Positions 9,497 through 17,651 of a stretch of DNA of 64,000 bases are shown here, one piece after another; within the stretch, counting starts at the first letter, position 1; each line of letters opens with the position of its first letter. The DNA is from Sedimentisphaerales bacterium (GTDB lineage: Bacteria; Planctomycetota; Phycisphaerae; Sedimentisphaerales; Anaerobacaceae), in NCBI GenBank assembly GCA_963708075.1, contig OY970194.1, forward strand, positions 1,376,001 through 1,440,000, given 5' to 3'. The position numbers and the translations under genes are program-made. The notes under the pieces were generated by a model. That model worked only from the letters and a program-made list of their open reading frames with translations, was not told the origin of the DNA and searched no databases.

Positions 9497-9530
9497 AAAA
9501 AAACCGTCGTTCTCGCGAGAGAAACGACGG
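9497..9530 (-). terminator. Intrinsic terminator (riboswitch expression platform)
   Basis: Minus strand CCGTCGTT...AACGACGG stem followed by T7, between the riboswitch and the first gene. Confidence 0.8.
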
Positions 9531-9629
9531 CTATCATTGGCGATTGCCTGCAGATCGTGCTGTGAATAGGTCAGCTCGATCACACGTGCGTTCCAGGTCG
9601 CGAGAACACAATACAATGTGCGGCTAACC

Positions 9630-9812
9630 ACAGGCAGGTTTTCTGACTCGCGTCCTACGTCGAGGCCCTTCCCATTCGCACGCGCGAACAGTGGATAACA
9701 CCTCTCGGATTTCCGATAGCCATCGGAGCGAACGCTTACAGCGGCGCGACCGTCGCGGAATTTCACCGCGTTCCCATTTCAGTATCTCAAAGTCCCGAGA
9801 CCTGCAGTCAGG
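9630..9812 (-). promoter_or_regulatory. Cobalamin (B12) riboswitch
   Basis: Minus strand AATGGGAA-CGCGGTGAAATTCCGCG-ACGGTCGCGCCGCTGTAA...CCACTG...TGGGAAGG...GAGTCAGAAAACCTGCC (B12 box). Confidence 0.93.
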
Positions 9813-9839
9813 TTATGCACTTCCCAAAGAGCTGACGCG

Positions 9840-9868
9840 ATGCTACGGGGCAGGTGCGGGACTGTCAA
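9840..9868 (-). promoter_or_regulatory. Sigma70-like promoter for the riboswitch operon
   Basis: TTGACA-17 nt-TAGCAT, just upstream of the aptamer. Confidence 0.7.
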
Positions 9869-9966
9869 TCAGAAAATGACTGATGACATCTTTTTTTTGC
9901 GTCGAGGGGGTAAACACGTGTGCGTCGGCGCATCGCAAGTGTCTGGCGTTGAGCATGTCGCTCGCC

Positions 9967-10058
9967 GGGTGGCACCGCCAAACTCGTTTGACGGTGCTGA
10001 TTCGACGGGACCCGCCGACTCTAAGCCCCACGGGCAAACGAGTTTGCCCGTGCCACCC
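9967..10058. repeat. REPIN-like element, variant with GGGTGGCA ends
   Basis: GGGTGGCACCGCCAAACTCGTTTGACGGTG...CACGGGCAAACGAGTTTGCCCGTGCCACCC. Confidence 0.8.
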
Positions 10059-10095
10059 AGGATTGGGCTCTTCCAGGCAGGACACGTGCGCTGAC

Positions 10096-10821
10096 TTATC
10101 GGCGACGCGAGTCCGACCGCCGCGTGCGGCCATACGTATTGCCGATGGCGTTCGAAAGGCCCTGATCGCGGGGGATGCTGCGGGCCCCGGCGGGGCCGTA
10201 CATGCCTGAGCCGGGACCGGTGCCGTAGCCGCCGGGAGCCATCATCAAGCCGCTGTACAATCCGTTATATCCCATGCCGCCGAAGCCCATCGGCAGGAAG
10301 AAATATCTTGCCGGCTCGGCCACCAGGTCGCTGACATCGTAGACGCGCGTCACCCTCTTTGATGGTCGCAGACTGCCGGTTGTCCCGATGGTAACGACGC
10401 CGTCTTTCACGGTGTAGCCGAGCGTTGCCGAGGCGGTGCTCGAGAGGGAAACCAGGAGCAGCTCAAGATATTGGCGGACGCGCAGTCCTGGAACGCCATC
10501 GATTCCGATAGGTGTCTCCCTGTAGACGCCGGCGTTTTCCTCAATCTCCTTCCAGAGCACGACGATATTCATCGGCGGCGCGGTGGAGTTCTTCAGGATA
10601 TCCATGGCCTCACGGAACGACATCTCCGGCGTGAATGAGGCCGGTGTGCGTTTCGCGGGGGTTGCAGGCTTGCTCGGAGCCGGTTTCGTGGCCTTCGGCG
10701 TCTTCCCCTTTTCCGCCGAGCGTACAGTTGGATTCGCCGCATGTACCGTCGTCGAGAGGAGTATAATAGCCATAGCCACCGCTGTTGCGGCTTCCATCGC
10801 CGGGCATCGTCGTCTGCTCAT
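10096..10821 (-). CDS. Secreted hypothetical protein resembling a planctomycete secretin N-terminal domain
   Basis: Signal peptide; LGYTVKDGVVTIGT...TRVYDVSDLV; Gly/Met-rich tail. Confidence 0.6.
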   Translation of the reverse strand: MSRRRCPAMEAATAVAMAIILLSTTVHAANPTVRSAEKGKTPKATKPAPSKPATPAKRTPASFTPEMSFREAMDILKNSTAPPMNIVVLWKEIEENAGVYRETPIGIDGVPGLRVRQYLELLLVSLSSTASATLGYTVKDGVVTIGTTGSLRPSKRVTRVYDVSDLVAEPARYFFLPMGFGGMGYNGLYSGLMMAPGGYGTGPGSGMYGPAGARSIPRDQGLSNAIGNTYGRTRRSDSRRR

Positions 10822-10949
10822 CTCTGATCCTCCTGAATCGCTTTCGAGCAGAGATGGTTCTCACTCTTTTGAAATCGCTTTTCTTGGCGTACCGCAATCC
10901 ATTGAAGCACAGCGCGTTAACGATGTCAAACGGAAACCCGACGCTTCTC

Positions 10950-12335
10950 TCACTTCTTGATCAGATCCGTGCCGGCGTACGGGTCTTTCTTCACCAGAGA
11001 CTGGGCATTGGCGACGATATGCGGCGACGTTCTGCGCAGCTCGTCCAGCGTTCTCGTTGCCGCCGTGACCACGCGGGCGTTCTGCTCGGTCGCGATGATT
11101 TCCTCAAGCAGGGCGTAGGTCCTGGCGCTCGGGAAATTCCGTAGTGCGTAGATCGCCGCCGTTCTACCGCCGTCGGCGGAAACCTCCTTATTGCCCGCGG
11201 CGGCGTAGAGCAGGGCGTCCTGCGCCTGGGGCTCTTTGATCTGGCTGATCGTATTGACCAGGTAGCCGCTCTCGCCGGGGGGCGTGGCCTCGAGCTTACG
11301 CATCAGGTAGCTGATGGCCTGTGGATCGCCGGTCTTCCCAAGCGCCTCCACAGCCGCCCGCGCGAGCGCATCCTGCGGCGCCGAGGCGACGTCGCCTGCC
11401 AGCGATATGAGCGAATCTGTCGCCTTGGACGAGTGGATGTTGCCGATCAACTGGGCGATCCGCTCGGTGTCTCTCACATCCGTCGCCCCGTCGAACCTCG
11501 CGATCAACTCGTCAAGGATGGGCGTGTCGGCCATGCGGGCAAGGGCCTCGCCGGCCGCTCTCAGGACCGTTGAATCCGCCGTGGTCAGGACGTTGTCGAG
11601 CAGGATGGGCCAGCTCTCATGATTGTTGATGCCGGCGACTCGTTTGGCCAACTCCTCCTTGTACTGTCCCTCCTTGATTTGGGTCAGCGTATCGAGCAAT
11701 GTCGATGTGGCCAGCGGCGACCCTATTCTGGCGAGCGCCTCGGCCGCCCACATGCCCGCCTCACCCTGCTCGCGGGCGATCACCTGCGTCAGTGGTGCGA
11801 TCACCCGGTCGCCCAGCGCGACGAGCTCATCCAGACACTGCTTGATCCTGGCGTGATCTTTCTCCTGGATGGCCTCCTGCAGCATGAGGATGATCCGGCC
11901 GGTACTGTCCATCGCCTGCAGACCACCGCGGCGGCCGGTTCCGTCCTCAGTGACAGTCTCGCGTGTCTCCGCCTCCCGCCCCTGCGCCTCTTGAGCCAGT
12001 GGCGGACGTTCTGTCATCTGCGACAGCTCGCCTGCCCCCGAGTCGATTCTCCTTCGGGGCACCCGTCCCGTGCTGTCGTCAGTGACGGCCGTCAGGTCCG
12101 GCGATCTTGCGGCGGAGTCACGTGCTGCCAGTCCTGCAGACTCCGTATCCACGGGGCCGACCGGTCCTTGATGCTGAATCGAGCGGTTCACCACATACAG
12201 AACGACGAGCGTGGCCAGCAGCGCCGCGGGAAAGGCCAGAAGCGGCCACTCGAATTGCTTGCCACGGCCTTGCGGGCAGGCAGAGGCCGCAGGTGACGGT
12301 GTCGAACTCTTCTTGTTGCGATGAATGCTCTTCAT
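10950..12335 (-). CDS. Membrane-anchored HEAT-repeat protein
   Basis: One N-terminal TM; repeats AAEALARIG, AAGEALARMA, AAVEALGKTG. Confidence 0.8.
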   Translation of the reverse strand: MKSIHRNKKSSTPSPAASACPQGRGKQFEWPLLAFPAALLATLVVLYVVNRSIQHQGPVGPVDTESAGLAARDSAARSPDLTAVTDDSTGRVPRRRIDSGAGELSQMTERPPLAQEAQGREAETRETVTEDGTGRRGGLQAMDSTGRIILMLQEAIQEKDHARIKQCLDELVALGDRVIAPLTQVIAREQGEAGMWAAEALARIGSPLATSTLLDTLTQIKEGQYKEELAKRVAGINNHESWPILLDNVLTTADSTVLRAAGEALARMADTPILDELIARFDGATDVRDTERIAQLIGNIHSSKATDSLISLAGDVASAPQDALARAAVEALGKTGDPQAISYLMRKLEATPPGESGYLVNTISQIKEPQAQDALLYAAAGNKEVSADGGRTAAIYALRNFPSARTYALLEEIIATEQNARVVTAATRTLDELRRTSPHIVANAQSLVKKDPYAGTDLIKK

Positions 12336-12762
12336 ATCGGTCTCACAGGTCTGGTCCCGGGTGACTTGCGGAGGAGGCAGGCCGCCCGGCTCGATTATTC
12401 GATTCTACACCATTAGACACACATACCGGCATTAAATTCCTCTTCCTATGTCGGATCGAGGGGGGCCGGAAATAAGCACGCGGAGCAGCTTGGCTCGCAT
12501 TATCCGTGTCCTCGCCGGAAATACAGCGGTCGGCTGAACTTATGTGCAGGAGCGCAGATCGCAAGCCCCCGCCCCGTGGTCCGAAAAGACATAAGGCCAC
12601 GAAGCAGTGATGATTAAGGGCGGGAATAGGCTCGATGGTCCTCAAACAACTCCTCGCAGAATCAAGACGGCCTAACAGCCGGAGAGCAAGGCCGCAGATT
12701 CAACACCCGCAGCATACTCTCAAATCCCATAATCCTACGCTGGTTGTTTGTTGGCAATGATC

Positions 12763-12791
12763 AGTATAGCACCGCCCCCGCCTCCCGTCAA
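12763..12791 (-). promoter_or_regulatory. Sigma70-like promoter
   Basis: TTGACG-17 nt-TATACT with TG before the -10. Confidence 0.7.
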
Positions 12792-12836
12792 GCCCGGATC
12801 GGACGATTGGCTTTGTTTCGCAAACAGCGCGCGCTC

Positions 12837-12861
12837 GTAGGGGCGGGTTTCAAACCCGCCC
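12837..12861 (+). repeat. GTAG-type REP
   Basis: GTAG-GGGCGGGTTT-C-AAACCCGCCC perfect hairpin. Confidence 0.8.
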
Positions 12862-13040
12862 GTGAACCCTCAAACTTGAGATTCCCATCTCAATTGGCTT
12901 TGTTTCGCACAAGGGGTCCTTCGCTCCCGACATAGAGGCCCCGCAAATTGGCTTTGTTTCGCACGATTCCTTCCCCATCGGCACAAGGGGCCACCCAGAA
13001 AGATTGGCTTTGTTTGGCGCGGCGGATTCTCTGGTGCTCC

Positions 13041-13061
13041 GTAGGGTGTGCATCGCACACC
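13041..13061 (+). repeat. GTAG-type REP
   Basis: GTAGGGTGTGCATCGCACACC; identical copy at 23922-23942. Confidence 0.85.
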
Positions 13062-13250
13062 ATCTGTCCGACAAGACAAATTGGGTTTGTTTTGCATAAT
13101 TGAGCACTCGCCGGCGGCGAGGAATGCCCCTTCGCGCTTGCCGGCGTCCCGCCGGTCGGGGACGATTCGTGCGTCCTGTCGCATGGCCGTATCCTCCAAC
13201 TTACCTACTTTGGCAGTCACGGTTCAGTTATTCTACCATCACACATATGC

Positions 13251-13266
13251 AGCAAATGCTGTGCCA
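13251..13266 (-). promoter_or_regulatory. Sigma54 -24/-12 promoter
   Basis: TGGCAC-AGCAT-TTGCT, exact consensus spacing; GGAGG and ATG(13184) downstream. Confidence 0.7.
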
Positions 13267-13495
13267 AGTGAAACATGCAAATACGGCGTTTCTTCCTGGC
13301 TGTAGACAAAGGCAGGTAACCCCTCGTGGCAGAGATGGGTTTACCGATCGTGGTAGTCGGCTGCGTTTACCGCTTTCCGGGCTGCCAGCAGGATAGGCGA
13401 CATTTGCCTCAGATCCGCAAGGGCGGCACAGTTGTCCTCCGTAATCACGGTGCAGAATGAAGACACGGCTGCGGTTGCACTCCAGGGCTGATCGC

Positions 13496-14998
13496 TTACG
13501 ACCCCGAATGCGATCTTCTCCCATCCAGCAACTTGCACAGGAGAGCGGGGCATTCCGTCGCGCAGGGGTTGTGGATGCGCGCTACCCCCTGAAACGTCTC
13601 TCGATCATCTATAGTCACACCTTCGTCGCCTGTGCCTTTCGCGAATAGTGTCATAATGATCGGGCGTTTGCGGCCATCTCCCCTACGCAGCATCCGCCCA
13701 ATCCGCTGTATACGCTGCCGTGCTGCCTGTGTTGAGGCCGCAAGAATCGCACCGTCCACATCAGGAACGTCGATTCCTTCATCCAGGCAATGACAAACGA
13801 GCAATGCACCGGACTTCTGTTTCCTGAACTCTTGCAAGATTCTGTCACATTCTCCCCGATCCATTCCACTGTGATAGGTCCTGCACCACATTCCCGGAAT
13901 GTTGGCCAGTCTTCCCTGCAGACACCTTGCCGCATGCACGGGGATAGTATCATTCACCAGATCAGCGGCGGCAATTCGTTCGAAAAACACCAGTGCTTTC
14001 CTTCCACTCTCGATGAATTGCATGATCGTATTCTCAGCCAAATCCATCTTATTGGCCGCCATGTAGTATATCGCAGCTCGTTTGAACAGAAGCAGGAAGA
14101 GTCTTTCAATCTCCGGCTCATTACCCGAGCCGAGCCTGCCCATGAGTTGCTGCAGTTTCCTGAACAGCCTATGATCGGGAATATTGCGCAGTTCATCCCT
14201 GTAGCCCTGAGAGACCTTTCGAAATTGATCGCTGATCTTCTCGGATAGCTCAAAGTACTCGTCTGCCTCGCGCAGTCAGATCCACACCCACGTTCACAAG
14301 ATCAAAGGACGGGACAAGCCCGTCTCCATGGGCCTCCTGAAAAGTGTAGGTCTTGACGATTTGCCCCAGGCCATCGGTTCCATAGGGATCGATTGTAGCG
14401 GAGAGCCCCATTCGGTAGGTCCACTCGTGAGGTGGCTCGAGGATTTCCTTCCATTTCGGTGCATCAGTGTAGTGGTGGCATTCATCTGCGATCAGGAAGC
14501 TCCTATGCCGTCCGCTAGAACGTGGATCCCAGCAGTGCTCGAAGAGATCTCTTGCACGACTCAGGGCCGTCTGAATAGTCGCCACGTACGCCAGCGGTGG
14601 GACGGGGAAGGCATCCTCATATTTGCCGCCGATTCTCCCAATACGCTGGTCACGAAATCGCTCTTTGAGCTTCTCATACCATTGATCCATCAGCGCCAGA
14701 GTTGCGCAATGACCATTGTGTTGAGCCACGGGTCTTGACTGTATAGTTGCGCCAGAGCTTCGATTGCCACGTATGTCTTACCGGACCCTGTCACTGCTTC
14801 AATGATTCCTTTGCGGCCAGCTTGCTCCCAAAGTCTAATCGCTTCTGCCTGCCAGCTATAATAGTTGGGAGCACGACCCCCGTGGCGTGGATGACGTCTC
14901 AATCTCATGATGGTCTCCAATAAAGCCCCGCACTCATTTGATTTCCTCTCGCGTCGGATGTGAATATCCCATCGGCGAGTCGCCTTGCTTTTACGCAT
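13496..14998 (-). pseudogene. Superfamily II (ResIII/DEAD-like) helicase split over three ORFs; pseudogene or assembly indels
   Basis: WQAEAI (Q motif), VTGSGKT, DECHH, GLSAT, LDEGIDVP and QRIGRMLR spread over ORFs 14690-14998, 14250-14729 and 13496-14143; start uncertain. Confidence 0.8.
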
Positions 14999-15249
14999 AT
15001 CGTTCAGAACAGGCCATCGCTTCAGGAGAAATCACCTTGAACTGTCGGCATTCATTAGGGAGCCCCGTCTCGATGGCTCGCTACGGCTGTTTTGCCACGT
15101 GGATCGGTGGGCCCCTTGGAGGCTTCCTGCGGCGGGCCTGCCATGCTGACATGATGCGTCCGCAATGAGTTGCAAAAACGACACCGGGAGCGGGCGGGCG
15201 ATGCGTCTAAGTGCTTGTTATGTCGGCAGTTGCGGCTGTTGGCCTTGTC

Positions 15250-15265
15250 TGGCACGCGGTTTGCT
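15250..15265 (+). promoter_or_regulatory. Sigma54 -24/-12 promoter for the Hsp20 pair
   Basis: TGGCAC-GCGGT-TTGCT about 80 nt upstream of ATG 15344. Confidence 0.75.
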
Positions 15266-15343
15266 TATCCTTATCTGACAAGAGAATATGGAATACCCGA
15301 TACCGTGATGAGATGTGACAGTTGAGAAAGGAGGTAATCGGCT

Positions 15344-15781
15344 ATGGTAGTGGACAGATGGTTTCCGTTCTTCGATGTGGGCAAGACGCTGGAGGAGATG
15401 GACCGGATGTTCGGGCCGTTGGGCCAGCCGGTGGGTGTGCGGAGCGTCCCCCGCGGCACGTTTCCCGCCGTCAATGTCTACGAGCAGGGTGATAAGGTCG
15501 TCCTGATGGCGGAGATCCCCGGGGTCAAGCCGGAGCAGTTGGACCTGACTGTTCTGGGTGACTCCGTGACGCTCAAGGGTGAGCGCCGGGAAGAGGACCT
15601 GCCTGATGGCGAGCGGTTCTATCGGCGAGAAAGGCCGGTGGGAGCGTTCACGCGGACGGTGACGCTACCCGAGGCCATCAATCCCGACTCGGTGCAGGCC
15701 CAGTACAAGGACGGCGTGCTGAAGGTCCGCATGGAGAAGGCCGAGCAGGCGAAAGCCAAGAAGATCACGATCAAATCATAA
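15344..15781 (+). CDS. Hsp20/alpha-crystallin small heat shock protein
   Basis: FPAVNVYE, AEIPGV, AQYKDGVL; AAAGGAGG RBS. Confidence 0.95.
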   Translation: MVVDRWFPFFDVGKTLEEMDRMFGPLGQPVGVRSVPRGTFPAVNVYEQGDKVVLMAEIPGVKPEQLDLTVLGDSVTLKGERREEDLPDGERFYRRERPVGAFTRTVTLPEAINPDSVQAQYKDGVLKVRMEKAEQAKAKKITIKS

Positions 15782-15825
15782 ATCAACGGTCCGCATGGAC
15801 ATTGGATCAGTAGGAGGTTCGAAAT

Positions 15826-16218
15826 ATGGCTGCGGAACAGAGACCTGTGAAAAAGGAACAAGCCGAGGTCGTCCGCCGGGAAGAGCAGGAGCGATATTTT
15901 CAGCCCGCCACTGATATTCTGGAGACGACCGAGGGAGTGACCCTGAAGTTCGACATGCCGGGCGTGGCCAGGGAAAACGTCGATATCACGGTCGATAAGG
16001 ACACGCTCACGATCATCGGCAGGGCTGAGCCGGAAGAGGCGGGCAACCCCGTGTATCGTGAGACCTATGTCGGCGACTACCGCCGACAGTTCACGCTCAG
16101 CACGGACATGGACCCGAACAACATCGTGGCGACGATGAGCGACGGCGTGCTCACTGTAGCAGTCGGCAAGGCCGAACAGTCCAAGCCCAGGAAAGTCCAG
16201 ATCGCAGCGGCAAGATAG
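15826..16218 (+). CDS. Hsp20/alpha-crystallin small heat shock protein
   Basis: PATDILE, DMPGV, ATMSDGVL; AGGAGG RBS. Confidence 0.95.
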   Translation: MAAEQRPVKKEQAEVVRREEQERYFQPATDILETTEGVTLKFDMPGVARENVDITVDKDTLTIIGRAEPEEAGNPVYRETYVGDYRRQFTLSTDMDPNNIVATMSDGVLTVAVGKAEQSKPRKVQIAAAR

Positions 16219-16241
16219 ACAAACCGATTCTCCATAGTCCG

Positions 16242-16275
16242 GGGCGGCGCCACAACATGGGCCGCCCTTTCCTTT
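16242..16275 (+). terminator. Putative intrinsic terminator
   Basis: GGGCGGC...GCCGCCC followed by TTTCCTTT. Confidence 0.55.
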
Positions 16276-16306
16276 GATAAGTGCAGGAGGGAGAAGGGCA
16301 ATCGAC

Positions 16307-16399
16307 GGGTGGCAGCGGCAAGCACAGCTTGCCGATGGCTCGTACATACTGCGGAACACCATCGGCAAGTTCCGCAGGCTCCGCTTGCCGCTGCCACCC
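16307..16399. repeat. REPIN-like GGGTGGCAGCGGCAAG copy 3
   Basis: GGGTGGCAGCGGCAAGCACAGCTTGCCGATGG...CCATCGGCAAG...CTTGCCGCTGCCACCC. Confidence 0.85.
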
Positions 16400-16494
16400 A
16401 TCAATTTTCAGTGCCTGGAGTCTTCACAGATACTCCGGCGGGGGTGTGGTCGGAATTCGGCGGCGGCGTGTAGCCGCCGTGTGCGGACAGCGCC

Positions 16495-16707
16495 TCTTTC
16501 GTCCCTTACGGGACTGGCTTTTGCCCTCGGCCCCGGTTCCCCAGCGATCAATCGCTGGGCTATTCTCTATCGCCCTGCGGGCTTGGACTTTGCTTCAGTC
16601 CTCTTGCGTCGGCCCGTCCGCCCCACGGGGGCGATCGACACTAGCCCACCGTTTCAACGGTGGGTACGATAGTCAATCCTATCTCAAAGCCCCGCAGGGG
16701 CGAAAGA
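16495..16707. repeat. Inverted pair of ~88-nt three-hairpin REP-like elements
   Basis: TCTTTCGTCCCTTACGGGACT...CCCAGCGATCAATCGCTGGGCTA...GCCCTGCGGGC, and a diverged reverse copy with CCCACCGTTTCAACGGTGGG. Confidence 0.75.
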
Positions 16708-16877
16708 AGACTGGGCTGCGCTCTTGTGTCGGGTGGAATCCGAATCCGCCACCGTATGCCGACCGCACCCTCCGACGGTGCGGGGGGCCGTTTGATATGG
16801 ACGCTGCCTGGGCCGCCGGATACAATCAACTGCTCGTGCAGATGTTGGATTTTGGATGCCCTTGGAGGCTCGTGAAG

Positions 16878-17006
16878 ATGGTGCGTTATCTGGCGTTATT
16901 AGTGGTGCTGGCGATCGTGCTGGGCGGCTTTGTTGTTATCAATGCCGAAGAGCATATGGCACCAGCTTGTGCGAAAGCGGACGCGGCACCTGTGACTCTT
17001 CCGTAG
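16878..17006 (+). CDS. Small (42 aa) single-TM or secreted protein
   Basis: GGAGG RBS; MVRYLALLVVLAIVLGGFVVINAEE; TGGACG-17-TACAAT upstream. Confidence 0.5.
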   Translation: MVRYLALLVVLAIVLGGFVVINAEEHMAPACAKADAAPVTLP

Positions 17007-17054
17007 TTGTGAGAGAATGCGACCGCCTGTTGTCGGATGAATTGAGCGGGAAAC

Positions 17055-17651
17055 ATGCGAATTATCGCGGGCACAAAACGGGGGATGAAGCTCTTCAGCC
17101 CCGAGACGAAAGAAACGCGGCCGATTACCGACCGGGTCAAGCAGTCGCTTTTCGACGTTCTTGTGAACTATGACCTGCTCTCAGGGGCGCGCGTGGCCGA
17201 TCTGTTCAGCGGTGTGGGCTCGCTGGGACTGGAGGCGCTGAGCCGGGGCGCCGCCTTCGTCACGTTCGTCGAGAAGAGCGGCGAGATCATCAAGGTTCTG
17301 GAGAAGAACATTGAGAAGGCCGGCTTTGGCGAGCGGTCGCGGGTCGTTCACGCCAGTGCGTTCCGCGTCGGGGCGTCAGTCGGCGCCGGCGAGCGATACG
17401 ACTTGGTCTTCGTCGATCCGCCCTATGTGTCCACGCAGGAGGTCGGCGGCGGGTCCTCGCTGGCCGATCTATTTGACATCCTGCAGAACCAGGTGAATCC
17501 TCACGGCATCGTGGTTGTCAGGACCCATCGCAGCGTAGCCGTGCTGGAGGACTACGGGCTGTTCCACGCGGTGGACAGGCGGCAGTGGGGGACCATGGCG
17601 GTTGTGTTGTTGCAGGCGAAGGGCAATGAGCAACAGGCAAGCGGCGATTGA
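17055..17651 (+). CDS. rsmD: 16S rRNA m2G966 methyltransferase
   Basis: MRIIAG, RPITDRVKQSLF, DLFSGVGSLGLEALSRGA, DPPY. Confidence 0.93.
   Translation: MRIIAGTKRGMKLFSPETKETRPITDRVKQSLFDVLVNYDLLSGARVADLFSGVGSLGLEALSRGAAFVTFVEKSGEIIKVLEKNIEKAGFGERSRVVHASAFRVGASVGAGERYDLVFVDPPYVSTQEVGGGSSLADLFDILQNQVNPHGIVVVRTHRSVAVLEDYGLFHAVDRRQWGTMAVVLLQAKGNEQQASGD

Larger units (their letters stand above)
12806..13096. repeat. Array of five 17-nt direct repeats ATTGGCTTTGTTTCGCA
   Basis: Copies start at 12806, 12893, 12947, 13003 and 13080; first three identical, last two diverged. Confidence 0.9.

Noticed and set aside
12672..12760. Integron attC site (GCCTAAC...)
   Set aside because: No matching GTTRRRY end or paired arms, and no integrase
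12806..13096. CRISPR array
   Set aside because: Repeat only 17 nt and non-palindromic, spacers irregular and partly similar to each other, no cas genes; kept as a non-CRISPR array
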